From: Candidatus Bathyarchaeota archaeon
GTDB taxonomy: Archaea; Thermoproteota; Bathyarchaeia; Bathyarchaeales; Bathyarchaeaceae
Direction: 5' to 3'
Assembly: GCA_963697165.1 (NCBI GenBank)
Contig: CAVOMX010000011.1
Location: 128,001 to 192,000 of the forward strand
DNA length: 64,000 nt
This document shows, in pieces, positions 19,021 through 28,695 of this stretch. Numbering within the stretch: the first letter of the stretch is position 1; each line of letters starts with the position of its first letter. The notes below the pieces were generated by a model that saw only the letters and a program-made list of their open reading frames with translations, was not told the DNA's origin and made no database searches. The position numbers were made by a program, and so were the translations under genes.

Positions 19021-19589
19021 ACATTAGGTTGTAATGAATAATGGTCTACGAAGGATGAGTCAAGTGGATACAATATTGCAAGAAATAAGCTTGTTTTCAA
19101 CAATCAACTGTTCTTAGTCTCCAAATCCATTTTTTTCCTACTATTAGTAAATAGCTATTTTTGACATAACCACTGATTTTGGGTTTGGAGCTAAAATCTA
19201 AGGGGTACGTATTATTTGCAGAATCGATAGTAAACATTTTTATTCAACAATGGAACCTGAATATTTATTATATCAGGGGAATCAATTGCCCAAATCATCG
19301 GAATCGTAATACTTTCCGTGTTGATGCTAATATTCAGCTTTGTCTTTTACGAACGCGGTGAAGGAAATATATCACTCATTCTGTTGTTCGCAAGCATAGC
19401 TCTGGCATTTATTTTAGTATTCTACCACTTTGGTTCAAAAAAACCATCAAACTAAGAATACATTTTTAGCAATCAGCTAAAAATGCGCTAAGTATTAGCC
19501 ATTCGATTTTTACTTCTAATTGTTTTTTTTGGTAATTTATATAACAGTCTAACGTGAAGAAGTATCTGGAGTTTGTGGAGAGGTCGCTT

Positions 19590-20498
19590 GTGCATTTGCT
19601 TACTCTTAGAAATTGGTCTTCAAAAGAGATTGAAGATATTGTTGATTGTTCGTTGAAGGTCAAGAAGAGTCCTGTGGATTACGAGTTTGTTTTGGAGGAC
19701 AATTCTTTGGCGATGATCTTTCAGAAGACGTCAACTCGGACTAGGCTCTCGTTTGAGGTGGCTATGACCCAGCTTGGTGGGCACTCCATCTACATGGATT
19801 GGATGACAACGAATCTAGTTTTGGCTGATCTTGGGGATGAAATGCGGTCTATTTCGGGTTATGTTGACGCGATTATGGCACGTGTTTTGCGGAATTCTGA
19901 GTTGCGGGCTATGGCTGAGGCTTCCAGTGTTCCTGTAATAAATGGATGCGACGAAAAGTATCATCCTTGCCAGATTATCGCCGACTTGGTGACCATCAAA
20001 GAGAAGAAGGGAAAGCTGAAGGGGCTTAAGCTTGCATACATTGGAGTGCACAATAACATTTGCAACTCATTGATTGAGGGTTGCACCAGAACAGGAATGA
20101 AGATAGTAACTGTTACGCCCGTTGTGAATGAGGCTTCTGTTGATGAGGAGCTACTGGAGGCAGCGAAAGCCACGGGCTTGTATGAAAATTCTATTGATGT
20201 TAAAGCAGCTGTTGAGGACTCTGACGTGGTTTACACGGATACGTGGGTGGATATGGAGTTTTTCTTGGACGAGAAGTTCAAGAAGGAGAAGGAGAAACGA
20301 GTTAAGCTGATGCTTCCTTATCAGGTAAACAGGAAACTTTTGGGAAAGACTGATGCTCTGATAATGCATGATATGCCAATCCACAGAGGCTACGAAATAG
20401 CCGACGACATCATTAATGACCCCAACTCGGTAATCTACATCCAAAGCGAAAACAGGCTACACTCAGCAAAAGCGATACTCCTAAAACTTTTAGGGTAA
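19590..20498 (+). CDS. argF: Ornithine carbamoyltransferase (variant HDMP / DME motifs)
   Basis: FQKTSTRTR, HPCQ, YTDTW, MHDMP, ENR. Confidence 0.85.
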   Translation: MHLLTLRNWSSKEIEDIVDCSLKVKKSPVDYEFVLEDNSLAMIFQKTSTRTRLSFEVAMTQLGGHSIYMDWMTTNLVLADLGDEMRSISGYVDAIMARVLRNSELRAMAEASSVPVINGCDEKYHPCQIIADLVTIKEKKGKLKGLKLAYIGVHNNICNSLIEGCTRTGMKIVTVTPVVNEASVDEELLEAAKATGLYENSIDVKAAVEDSDVVYTDTWVDMEFFLDEKFKKEKEKRVKLMLPYQVNRKLLGKTDALIMHDMPIHRGYEIADDIINDPNSVIYIQSENRLHSAKAILLKLLG

Positions 20499-20666
20499 AC
20501 TCTGCTTGTTTAGTCAGATTAGAGCCTTTGGGTGGAATGTTCTATGCCAATCATCCCAGAGTTTCCATCATAGATAAGACTGCCACTACTCTTGACAGCA
20601 ACCCTAGTAACCATATCTACAGAAAGAAACTGACAGAAAAAAGGGCATTTGAATATTTAACGAAGA

Positions 20667-22340
20667 TTAGCCTTTGTATTTGTTGATCATCGGCATTTTC
20701 CATCCTATGCCGAAAGCTTTGGGCGTGATTTTGATGCATGGTGTCGCCTGCCGCCTCTTATACTCCGAGTTTCTGATTCGCATGTACGTGTCTTCAACAG
20801 CATCTCGCGGATAACCCAACTCAATCAAGTCATGCTTGCTTCTGCGGTTTTCTATTATTTCGTCAACCAGCGGACTTACAACATCAAAATCGAATGGGTC
20901 AAACTGGAACGCTTTAAGTTCAGGCGACGGTTTCTTCTCCAATACATTCTTTGGTATCACCTGTTTGCCTGCCTTCTTGTTCACGTATTCTGCGAGCTTG
21001 TAGACCTCCAGCTTGCTCACGTCGCCAAGAGCCCCGATTCCACCAGCCATATCCCCATATAATGTGCAGTAGCCGAGTGCAACCTCAGTCTTGTTTCCAG
21101 TATTTAGTACCAAAATTTTCAGGTCTTTGAGTCGGTTGGATATGTCCATTAGAAGGTTTCCTCTGGCTCTGGGCTGAATGTTCTCGTCGGCAACAGAATC
21201 GTCAGCTTCCTTGGTTACACCAAAATGTTTTCGCAACTGATCCAAAGGCGCGTCCAACGCTTTGCGGTAACTGCCAACAATATCCTGTATCCCAACCTTG
21301 ACAAAACATATACCAAGATTTTCAGCCAACTGCTCAGCATCCGTTTTACTGTGGTCACTAGAGAATCTTGAAGGCATAGAAACTCCAATGACATTCTCTT
21401 TGCCTAGGGCTTCAACGGCTATGCATATAGTTACTGACGAGTCGATTCCGCCGCTCATCCCAACAACAGCCTTCTCAAAGCCAGTCTTCATGAAATAATC
21501 ATGTATCCCCAAAACTAGCGCGTTGAACATTTCCTGCGTCTTATCATGCACGGGAGTTTCGATTTTCTGGGCGGCGCCTTCTTCCAAGTCAATGTTAGTA
21601 ATCACCAAATCTTCCTCAAACTGCTTGCCTAAAGCTATCAGGTTGCCCGTTTTATCCATTGCAATGCTGTGACCATCAAAAACAAGCTCATCCTGTCCCC
21701 CAACAAGATTCACGTAGAACATGGGCACCCCATTTTTTGTTACCTTCTCTTTTAGCAACCTGTTTCGTTCAAGATGCTTTCCGACAAGAAAAGGCGAAGC
21801 AGAAATGTTAACAATCAACTCCGCACCCTTTTCAGCCAGCAAATCCGTGACTTTCACGTCATAATTCTGGTCCCACAGGTCCTCACAAATTTCTATGCCC
21901 AACTTGACCGGCTTTCCATTTAATGCAATTGATAATGGCGTGATTTCCTCCTCTCTTGCGGGCTTGAAGTATCGGTCTTCATCAAACACGTCATACGTTG
22001 GCAAAAGCGTCTTGTAAACTATGCCAACTATTTGGTTTTTGTTAAATACGGCTGCAGCATTATACAACTCCTTTCCCATGTAGTCAACAAAACCGACCAC
22101 CCCAACAACATCAACACCGTTACACCTAATCATTTCCTCGAGTACCTTTTTGTTTTTTTCAACAAACCCGTTCTCAAGCAGCAAATCCTGAGGCGGATAA
22201 CCAGTAACTGCTAATTCAGGAAAAACAACCAAATCGGCTCCGCAGCGTTTTGCCTCAACAAGAAACCTCTTTATCTTCGAGACGTTTCCTTCCAAGTCTC
22301 CCACGGTCGAATTAATCTGAGCCATTGCAACCCTCAACAT
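20667..22340 (-). CDS. nadE: Glutamine-dependent NAD+ synthetase
   Basis: Nitrilase domain (FPEL..TGYPP.D, K..LP.YDVFDE.RYF, ICEDLW) and synthetase domain (SGGIDS, ENIQ.R.RG, TGNK.E..LGY.TLYGD). Confidence 0.95.
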   Translation of the reverse strand: MLRVAMAQINSTVGDLEGNVSKIKRFLVEAKRCGADLVVFPELAVTGYPPQDLLLENGFVEKNKKVLEEMIRCNGVDVVGVVGFVDYMGKELYNAAAVFNKNQIVGIVYKTLLPTYDVFDEDRYFKPAREEEITPLSIALNGKPVKLGIEICEDLWDQNYDVKVTDLLAEKGAELIVNISASPFLVGKHLERNRLLKEKVTKNGVPMFYVNLVGGQDELVFDGHSIAMDKTGNLIALGKQFEEDLVITNIDLEEGAAQKIETPVHDKTQEMFNALVLGIHDYFMKTGFEKAVVGMSGGIDSSVTICIAVEALGKENVIGVSMPSRFSSDHSKTDAEQLAENLGICFVKVGIQDIVGSYRKALDAPLDQLRKHFGVTKEADDSVADENIQPRARGNLLMDISNRLKDLKILVLNTGNKTEVALGYCTLYGDMAGGIGALGDVSKLEVYKLAEYVNKKAGKQVIPKNVLEKKPSPELKAFQFDPFDFDVVSPLVDEIIENRRSKHDLIELGYPRDAVEDTYMRIRNSEYKRRQATPCIKITPKAFGIGWKMPMINKYKG

Positions 22341-22431
22341 TTTTCCTCCCGCTTCTAACATAACCCCGAAAACGCAGAAATTACGTTACCAAACTTAAAT
22401 GAAACGTTTATCCCTAAAAAAGATGATTCTT

Positions 22432-23337
22432 TTACTTGAGTATCATCTGCGTGAACATTTCAGGCTCAAAAGCCTTCAAGTCCTCATAGGTCTGTCCCAC
22501 TCCAATGAAGATAATGGGTTTTCCAGTTACGTGAGCCACACTCAGGGATGCCCCGCCCTTAACATCAGCATCAACCTTCGTCAGTATGGTTCCGTCAACG
22601 TTTACGCTCTTATGAAACTCCTCCGCCTGCAGCACCGCATCGTTTCCTATGAGCGCATCAATAACCAAAATCGTCAAGTCTGGATTTACAACCCGCTTTA
22701 TCTTAGCAAGCTCGCTCATTAGATTCCTGTCAGTCTGAATACGCCCCGCAGTGTCAATCAAAACCACATTTATTCCCCGAGACTGAGCATGACTAATAGT
22801 GTCATACGCCACAGCCGCAGGATCAGCACCATACTTATGCTTAATCATACGCACGCCTAATCTCTTAGAGTGCTCCTCAAGCTGCTCTATAGAACCGGGA
22901 CGGTAAGTATCACTGCCAGAAAGCACAACAGAGTAGCCATTATTCATCAGAAACTTTGTAACCTTAGCTATGCTGGTGGTTTTGCCGGTTCCGTTGATTC
23001 CCACAAAAAGAATTGTATAGGGCTCCTTTGTCTTCCTCTTCTGCTCAATTCTATCAAGCAGATTGATTTCTTCTTTTGTCGTCAAAATCTCAATTAAGAC
23101 ATCATGAAGGGTCTCCTTCACAAGATCTTTACGGTCGCCAAGCCGCTTCACCTGAGCTCCGTCGAGCCGCTTCTCCAGCTCATCGGTTATGTAATAGGCT
23201 ACGGGTACCGCAACATCGTTTTCGATAAGATTAAGCCTGAATTCGTCTAAAATGGGACGCAGCTTTTCTGCTTTCAGCTCAGTTACTACAATCTTGCTGA
23301 CGGCGTTGCTAAGCCCCTTTCTTAGCCTGTCGAACAC
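22432..23337 (-). CDS. ftsY: Signal recognition particle receptor FtsY
   Basis: GINGTGKTT, DTYR, DTAGR, TKVDAD.KGG, GVGQ.Y.DL. Confidence 0.96.
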   Translation of the reverse strand: MFDRLRKGLSNAVSKIVVTELKAEKLRPILDEFRLNLIENDVAVPVAYYITDELEKRLDGAQVKRLGDRKDLVKETLHDVLIEILTTKEEINLLDRIEQKRKTKEPYTILFVGINGTGKTTSIAKVTKFLMNNGYSVVLSGSDTYRPGSIEQLEEHSKRLGVRMIKHKYGADPAAVAYDTISHAQSRGINVVLIDTAGRIQTDRNLMSELAKIKRVVNPDLTILVIDALIGNDAVLQAEEFHKSVNVDGTILTKVDADVKGGASLSVAHVTGKPIIFIGVGQTYEDLKAFEPEMFTQMILK

Positions 23338-23770
23338 CTGTCTGCTCTCCTTCTCTCAGCTTCGCCGAAACATCTTCCATTCTGGCTCGATTTTCCTGAA
23401 TTCTACCAACAACCTGATTAAACTGCTGCCCCAAAGCCTCCCTCGTCTTCTCAAGCTCAGCTATACGTGCTTCTAGTTCCACTTTGGCTTCCTTAAATGT
23501 CCGTTCAACAGCAACATCCGCGCCTATACCCACAACAACATTTTCTGGGGTCTCCAGCTTAGCTTTAATATAAGAGCCTCCGCCAACAGGAACAAAAAGC
23601 TGTGCACCTTTCTTCTCCTTCTCCAAACCTTCAAGGGTCATGCTTGAAACTTTCAGTTCGTTTACCGCAGAGTTTGTCATGCTGAGTCTGGACTGCAACT
23701 CGTTAATTGTTTCTTCTAGGAAACGCGACTCCATAACTAATCTACGAAAGACCTCTTCGTCACTGGACAG
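23309..23770 (-). CDS. pfdA: Prefoldin alpha subunit (probable CTG start at 23770; first ATG at 23734)
   Basis: LFVPVGGGSY, VVVGIGA.V.VE, coiled coils; conserved position between L18a and ftsY. Confidence 0.92.
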   Translation of the reverse strand: MSSDEEVFRRLVMESRFLEETINELQSRLSMTNSAVNELKVSSMTLEGLEKEKKGAQLFVPVGGGSYIKAKLETPENVVVGIGADVAVERTFKEAKVELEARIAELEKTREALGQQFNQVVGRIQENRARMEDVSAKLREGEQTGVRQAKKGA

Positions 23771-24011
23771 ACTCTTCCGCTCCTTGAGTCAACTTCTTCA
23801 TTATGTTGTCTTCAATATCCTCAAGAGCTATCTCCTCTACCTTGGAGATTTTCATCTGGAAGCGTTTGACTCTATGTTTGCTTCCTAACAGCATGTAGAC
23901 CTTCTCTACTGCATCCTCCGGCTTCAAGGCTCTAACCTCTTTCCGGAAGTCTGTTTGAAAATTGGGTTTCCTGATTTTTCCTATAACTCGAAAAACTTTT
24001 ACTTCATTCAT
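23760..24011 (-). CDS. rpl18a: 50S ribosomal protein L18Ae / LX
   Basis: KVFRV.G, F.KEVRA.K.EDA.EKVY..LGS.H.VKR. Confidence 0.93.
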   Translation of the reverse strand: MNEVKVFRVIGKIRKPNFQTDFRKEVRALKPEDAVEKVYMLLGSKHRVKRFQMKISKVEEIALEDIEDNIMKKLTQGAEESVQ

Positions 24012-24013
24012 CA

Positions 24014-24685
24014 TTACTTCACCACATCAAGTGCTTGTCCAATTATGAACATTTCGGGTCCAGTAGTTAACAGACCCACCAGAGCCCCAGTACTATTACC
24101 TATAAGACCTGTGGAAACATAAGGTATTCCACAATTAATGGTTCCAACATCAACAGGAACCTTCAACACATCATTTAACACTTTTCGTTCCTCCTCTTTA
24201 AGCAAAGGATGAGCCAACACACCCTTATTTGTAGCAGTTGCAAGCGACCCAACATACGGTAGCCCAGCTATCTCAGTGGGAACCACTTCAACTCCCAAGG
24301 TCTCCTCGATCTTATTCATGTCTTCTCTTTCCATCCTAGGATGAACCACGGCGCCTTTGTCGTTAGCCAAGACCATGTTTCCGTAGGCTGTTCTCTTCGT
24401 GTCCATAACAGTCACGTTAATGTCAGCGACTGATTTAATGGCTTTGACCTCCTCTTCCGTGGCAAACGAGGAAAGGACAACGCCGTTAGAATTGGAACAG
24501 GCTAGTGCGCCCACGACTAATGATTTACCCACTGTAGTGGCAACGACTTTTACTTTCAACCATTCCTCAACCTTTTGTCGCTTAGTTTCTGGAACCTGTG
24601 GGGGAATAATTGCGATTTTATCGTTGACAAGTGAGTAAACTCCTATGCTTGCGTTACCAAACAAATCAAAGAGAAAAAGCGGCAA
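24014..24685 (-). CDS. eif6: Translation initiation factor aIF6
   Basis: IGVY, NSNG, GN.VLANDKGA, VGS...ATNKG.L.HP, GTIN.G. Confidence 0.95.
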   Translation of the reverse strand: MPLFLFDLFGNASIGVYSLVNDKIAIIPPQVPETKRQKVEEWLKVKVVATTVGKSLVVGALACSNSNGVVLSSFATEEEVKAIKSVADINVTVMDTKRTAYGNMVLANDKGAVVHPRMEREDMNKIEETLGVEVVPTEIAGLPYVGSLATATNKGVLAHPLLKEEERKVLNDVLKVPVDVGTINCGIPYVSTGLIGNSTGALVGLLTTGPEMFIIGQALDVVK

Positions 24686-24688
24686 ATG

Positions 24689-25187
24689 CTAGTCTCCTTC
24701 AGCAAGAAGAACAGTCACTACCCCTTCCTTGTCTTTAACAACACGGACTCTGATTCTTCTAGGCGGCTTCTCGATTCCTCTGCTCCAAAGTTTTTCGTTA
24801 ACTTCATTAGATATGACTAGCCTCTCTGCCTCTTCCTCTTCGTCGTCGTAAGTTTCAGTGCGGACCTTCATGTGCTTTATCACAAAACTTTTTACAACTC
24901 TTGCAGCTTTCGGAGCACGTTTCTTTCGTGGGGACAATCCAAACCTTTCTTAGAGGAATCGTGTAGAACCTTTCCTCAACAATGTCCTCTTCCTCTAACT
25001 CTTTTTCTTTCTTTTTGCTCCGCTCTTTTGCTTCTACGAAGTCTTCTTCGTCCTCAACTTCTTCGTCTTCGAGTTCCTCATCCTCTTCCGCGGGAACCTC
25101 AGAATCTGACTCTTCTTCTGTCTCCTCAGTTTCCACTTCTACTTCTTCTTCCTCTTCTTCAGTAATCTCATCAACAGGTTTTTCCAT
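24689..25187 (-). CDS. rpl31e: 50S ribosomal protein L31e with long acidic N-terminal extension; frameshift near 24930
   Basis: ERFYTIPLR in one frame; PRKKRAPKA, VNEKLWSRGIEKPPRRIRV in the next. Confidence 0.9.
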
Positions 25188-25198
25188 CTGATTTTCCC

Positions 25199-25354
25199 TC
25201 AAGCCTTTATCTTTCTCTGTCGCCAGCGTCTCCGCTTCGGATTAGATCTAACTTGTCCACCTGTTTTGGCTATAACCCATGTTGGAACAGGTTTCTTCTG
25301 TTTTCCAGCCTTAGCAAGCCTTAATTTTTTGGCGGTTGGTTTGTTTCTTGCCGT
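25199..25354 (-). CDS. rpl39e: 50S ribosomal protein L39e (51 aa, ACG start; not in the ORF track)
   Basis: Manual translation: (M)[50 protein letters not shown]. Confidence 0.95.
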   Translation of the reverse strand, partial: TARNKPTAKKLRLAKAGKQKKPVPTWVIAKTGGQVRSNPKRRRWRQRKIKA

Positions 25355-25357
25355 CTT

Positions 25358-25687
25358 TTATACTCTCCTAATTGTGTAATCTCTTTTGCCTGACTGAAGC
25401 TTCACAAGAAGCTCTTTCAGCTGCTCGTCAGTTATTGGAAGGTTTATTCTCCCCTGCTGAGCCAACTGAATCAACTGCAGTTCAAGCTGTTGAGTGAATT
25501 CTGGTTTAACCATGTTCAAGTTTGTGAGGCGTCTCCTAGCTTCAGGAGTGAGCATTCTGCGAAGCAAAGCTTGTTTTTGTCCCTCAAGTTGCTGCTGCGC
25601 TTGATTTTGTCTCTGCTCTTCAACCATCCTCTGCTGCAACTCAAGCATCCTCCTTTTTCTGAGGCCTTCAAGTTCTTCTTCGCTCAC
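25358..25687 (-). CDS. PDCD5-like DNA-binding protein
   Basis: LR..LTPEAR.RL.NL.MVKPE, LIQLAQ.G, ITDEQLK; conserved position. Confidence 0.93.
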   Translation of the reverse strand: MSEEELEGLRKRRMLELQQRMVEEQRQNQAQQQLEGQKQALLRRMLTPEARRRLTNLNMVKPEFTQQLELQLIQLAQQGRINLPITDEQLKELLVKLQSGKRDYTIRRV

Positions 25688-25698
25688 TCTTCACACCC

Positions 25699-26154
25699 TT
25701 AATATTTTGCGAGTTCGGGTTGAGTTTTTTCCAGTTCCCTTTTCAGTTCCGTGGATAGCCGGTCTAGCAGCTGTCGCCCCTCACTTGTTACTATTCTTCC
25801 TTCGGTTCTTTGAGGTCTAACAAGACCTGCTTTTTGAAGTTGCTGAATAGCATTTCTAACTATGGCGCCGCTTCCTTTGCTGGCATGTTCGGGTTTTGCT
25901 CCTCCGTCTAACCTGCCGCCGTATTCTTGGCGGAGCTTCTCGATGCCAATAGGCCCTTTAACATAGATTTTACGTATAATAGAGGCGCATCGAACGAACC
26001 ACCAGTCAGGGTTAGTGGGTGGTCTCTGAGCGTGAACGCCAGTTTTGGCGAATTTGGACCATACGGGTGGAGTTATTTCATCCACTTCATCTTTCAGATG
26101 CTTAGCTAATCTATCGATAAGAACTGATGCAGGAATATCGTAAGGTGTCGGCAA
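25699..26154 (-). CDS. rps19e: 30S ribosomal protein S19e
   Basis: P.W..FAKTG, DWW..R.ASI.RK.Y, GSGAI.R...QQL. Confidence 0.96.
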   Translation of the reverse strand: MPTPYDIPASVLIDRLAKHLKDEVDEITPPVWSKFAKTGVHAQRPPTNPDWWFVRCASIIRKIYVKGPIGIEKLRQEYGGRLDGGAKPEHASKGSGAIVRNAIQQLQKAGLVRPQRTEGRIVTSEGRQLLDRLSTELKRELEKTQPELAKY

Positions 26155-26254
26155 GGCTTTCTTCTTCCTAATTTTCCTTCACTAAGGGAAAAGGAATGTC
26201 TTATATTAGTTTCGTGGTTAGCGAAAACCAACTTCATGTAACTTGATATAGAGT

Positions 26255-26533
26255 TTACTGTTTTTTCTTGCGTTTGAAGAGCAAAAATGTGTGCCCGCGC
26301 ACATCAACTAACTCCGACTCTGTCTGTTCCGCAACCTGTGCTGCAATAATTTTTGCTTCTTCTTCCTGTAACGCGGTTTTCAGTATTTTTACTTTGATTA
26401 TCTCTCTTGCGTCAAGCTGCTTTGCAATTTCGCCTATACTCTGGGCTGTTACGCCCTCTTTTCCAATCCACACTGTTGGCTTCTCGGCGCCTAGTGCAGC
26501 TTTTATTCGGCGCTTCATTTTTTGCGTTAACAC
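26255..26533 (-). CDS. YhbY / CRM-domain RNA-binding protein
   Basis: PTVWIGKEG, E.IKVKIL, VDVRGHT. Confidence 0.9.
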   Translation of the reverse strand: MLTQKMKRRIKAALGAEKPTVWIGKEGVTAQSIGEIAKQLDAREIIKVKILKTALQEEEAKIIAAQVAEQTESELVDVRGHTFLLFKRKKKQ

Positions 26534-26841
26534 TGCTTTTCCCCGCCTTTTAGTGGAATACGGGAGTGTCCGCCGCAATTTAAGCATGTTATCACCATGT
26601 GAGGTTCCCTTCTCTGCTGTATTCTGATACGACAATTTACGCCCGGCAAGATAAAGCTTTTACATTTGCTGCAAACGAGGCTTCTATATTCTTTGGGGAG
26701 CCTCAGTCTGGTTCTCATGGCTATTTTTCGTGCAATCTGGACATAACGTTGTGCCCGTTCTGGGTCTTCATGAATTACTTCTTTGGCTAACTGAAAGAGC
26801 GTGTGAACACGTTTTAGGGCAATCTGTTTCGGGGAACTCAT
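26527..26841 (-). CDS. rnp4: Ribonuclease P protein component 4 (Rpp21)
   Basis: IA..R...LF, A.RYV..AR.IA, CSKC...PG, TCLNCG. Confidence 0.93.
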   Translation of the reverse strand: MSSPKQIALKRVHTLFQLAKEVIHEDPERAQRYVQIARKIAMRTRLRLPKEYRSLVCSKCKSFILPGVNCRIRIQQRREPHMVITCLNCGGHSRIPLKGGEKQC

Positions 26842-26885
26842 CGCAGATAACAATCCTATGTGGTGTGCATTAAGTTTTGTGAGGT

Positions 26886-28095
26886 TTATAATATGAGGTA
26901 AGTTATGAGTGCCGCAATTATTGAAATGGTTGTTGCGGGTATCAAATATTTGTAGCTCTTGTTTATTGGCGACTTGAAGTATTGGGCAGTGAAAACTAAG
27001 CACAAGTGTGTTGGGGCAATCAGGTAGCCAAGATAGGCTGAAATGTAGAGTAGGCTCGCGGTTTTAGGAATGAACGCAATGGTTTCGGCTAGGATTGGAA
27101 CACTTAATGCAACTGCCCCGGAGGGGGAGCCAAGAAGAAGTCCTAGAACTGCGGGTACAGGCTGAAATTATTATGATTGCGGGCATGTTAGTGTTTGCTA
27201 ATGTGTTGCCGATGATTTCTGAGGCGCCAGACGCTAAGGTAACGTTTTTGAGAAGTAACGCGCCAAAAGCAGCCAAAGTTACTTCCCATACTGCTTTGTT
27301 TTTCAGAGTTTTTGGGAATACTGCTGCCTTTTTTGTGATAAGTAGAATTGTGGCTACTCCCACAAGTGTTGCGATTGTTATGTTCACATTTAATGCCGCT
27401 GTCAAAACAACTGTGATGATTATCGGCAAAAAAGAAGTTAGTAACCGTTTGAGGTTGGATTTCTGATTTGCTTCTGTTTTTGTGTTATCTGTTTTGGGGT
27501 CTCGAGTTTTTCTTAGTCCTATGAAATAGCCGACTGCAATCATAACAATCACTACAAAGACTTGTCTGCCGATGAGCATGTCTATGCTGGTTTGGGTCAA
27601 TGCAGCTGTTAAGATAATGAACTGGCTCACAGGATAAACGGGTATAATGGCGTGCCTAAACCAGATGTTTATGAAAGTTTTCTTTGATTCATCAAGTCCC
27701 AACTTGTCTGCTTCCGCATCCACCATGGGCGCCGACATTAAGGCTCCTCCAGCAACAGGTAAAAGTCCGATAACCGCTGGAAGCAAACTAACTATTACTT
27801 TCGAATTTTTGATTAATCCGCCCAAGCTTCTGGTTAAATCATCAACCAGTCCTGTTTCTTTGTAGAGGATACTCAGGAGCATAATGAAGAAGCTGGCGAA
27901 AACCAACGTCAAAGTTACGGGATCTAGGCAAGTTTCCAGCAATACTGTTCCTGTTTCAGAGATTCCAAGGGATAGAAAGCTCATCAGAAACGCTGAGGCA
28001 ATCAGTGAGATGCCTAAGCCAACTTTTCGATACAGTAATACAACCAAGAGGATGATCGAAATAACGAAAACAAGCAGAGGATTAAAGAAACTCAC
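26886..28095 (-). CDS. DUF401-family multi-pass membrane protein; frameshift near 27160
   Basis: LPA.IGLLP..GGA.MSAPM and NIWFRH. C-terminal APTHLCL lies in the shifted frame, which stops at 26886. Confidence 0.8.
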
Positions 28096-28190
28096 ATGAA
28101 ATACTTCCACATGTCCGAAACAGAATACCTGTTTCTCAACTAAAAAGTTAATCCCCCACAAACATTTAAGGCAGCGGTTTTGCTGTTTTG

Positions 28191-28598
28191 TTATGTGCTT
28201 AGTTCTGTTGCCATTCTTTTTATTTGCTGTTCATTCTCCAATAGCCGCTTGTAATCTGTGAAGTTGTTTATTGCCCGTAAGAAGAGCATGGTCTCCATTT
28301 TCTTTTTGTTTACACAATAAACGAAGTGGATTTTCTCCTGTTTTGCTCTAAAAACCAAGGTTCCATCAAAGCTTTTTTCGAATTTGTGGAGTTCATGAAA
28401 CTCAAGATTTTGGCAATCAAGAATCATTTTGACTACAGAATCTACTCGTTTCTTGTCTCTTCCTAGGTCTATGAAGAACTTTTTGTGGACAACCGCATTT
28501 TTTATGAAGGGTCTAACCGTCATGAAGAGGCTGCTACAGTTTCGGCAGAATTCCCTCTTTCTGCCGCAGGGGTTATCTAGTTCCAAGTACGGTTCCAT
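28191..28598 (-). CDS. Hypothetical protein with Cys-rich N-terminus and possible RelE/ParE-like fold
   Basis: MEPYLELDNPCGRKREFCRNC..., KKFFIDL, FRAK....HFVY. Confidence 0.5.
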   Translation of the reverse strand: MEPYLELDNPCGRKREFCRNCSSLFMTVRPFIKNAVVHKKFFIDLGRDKKRVDSVVKMILDCQNLEFHELHKFEKSFDGTLVFRAKQEKIHFVYCVNKKKMETMLFLRAINNFTDYKRLLENEQQIKRMATELST

Positions 28599-28695
28599 AT
28601 CGTAACATAGGGTCGTTAACAGAAATAAGTTCTTTGATGCAAAAAATAGAAACTCATAAGTTTTAGCGACTGGAACATTATAGTTAGTGTAGAAT

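Noticed and set aside
24872..25191. Ser-rich and Leu-rich plus-strand ORFs
   Set aside because: Antisense of the Glu-rich L31e tail.
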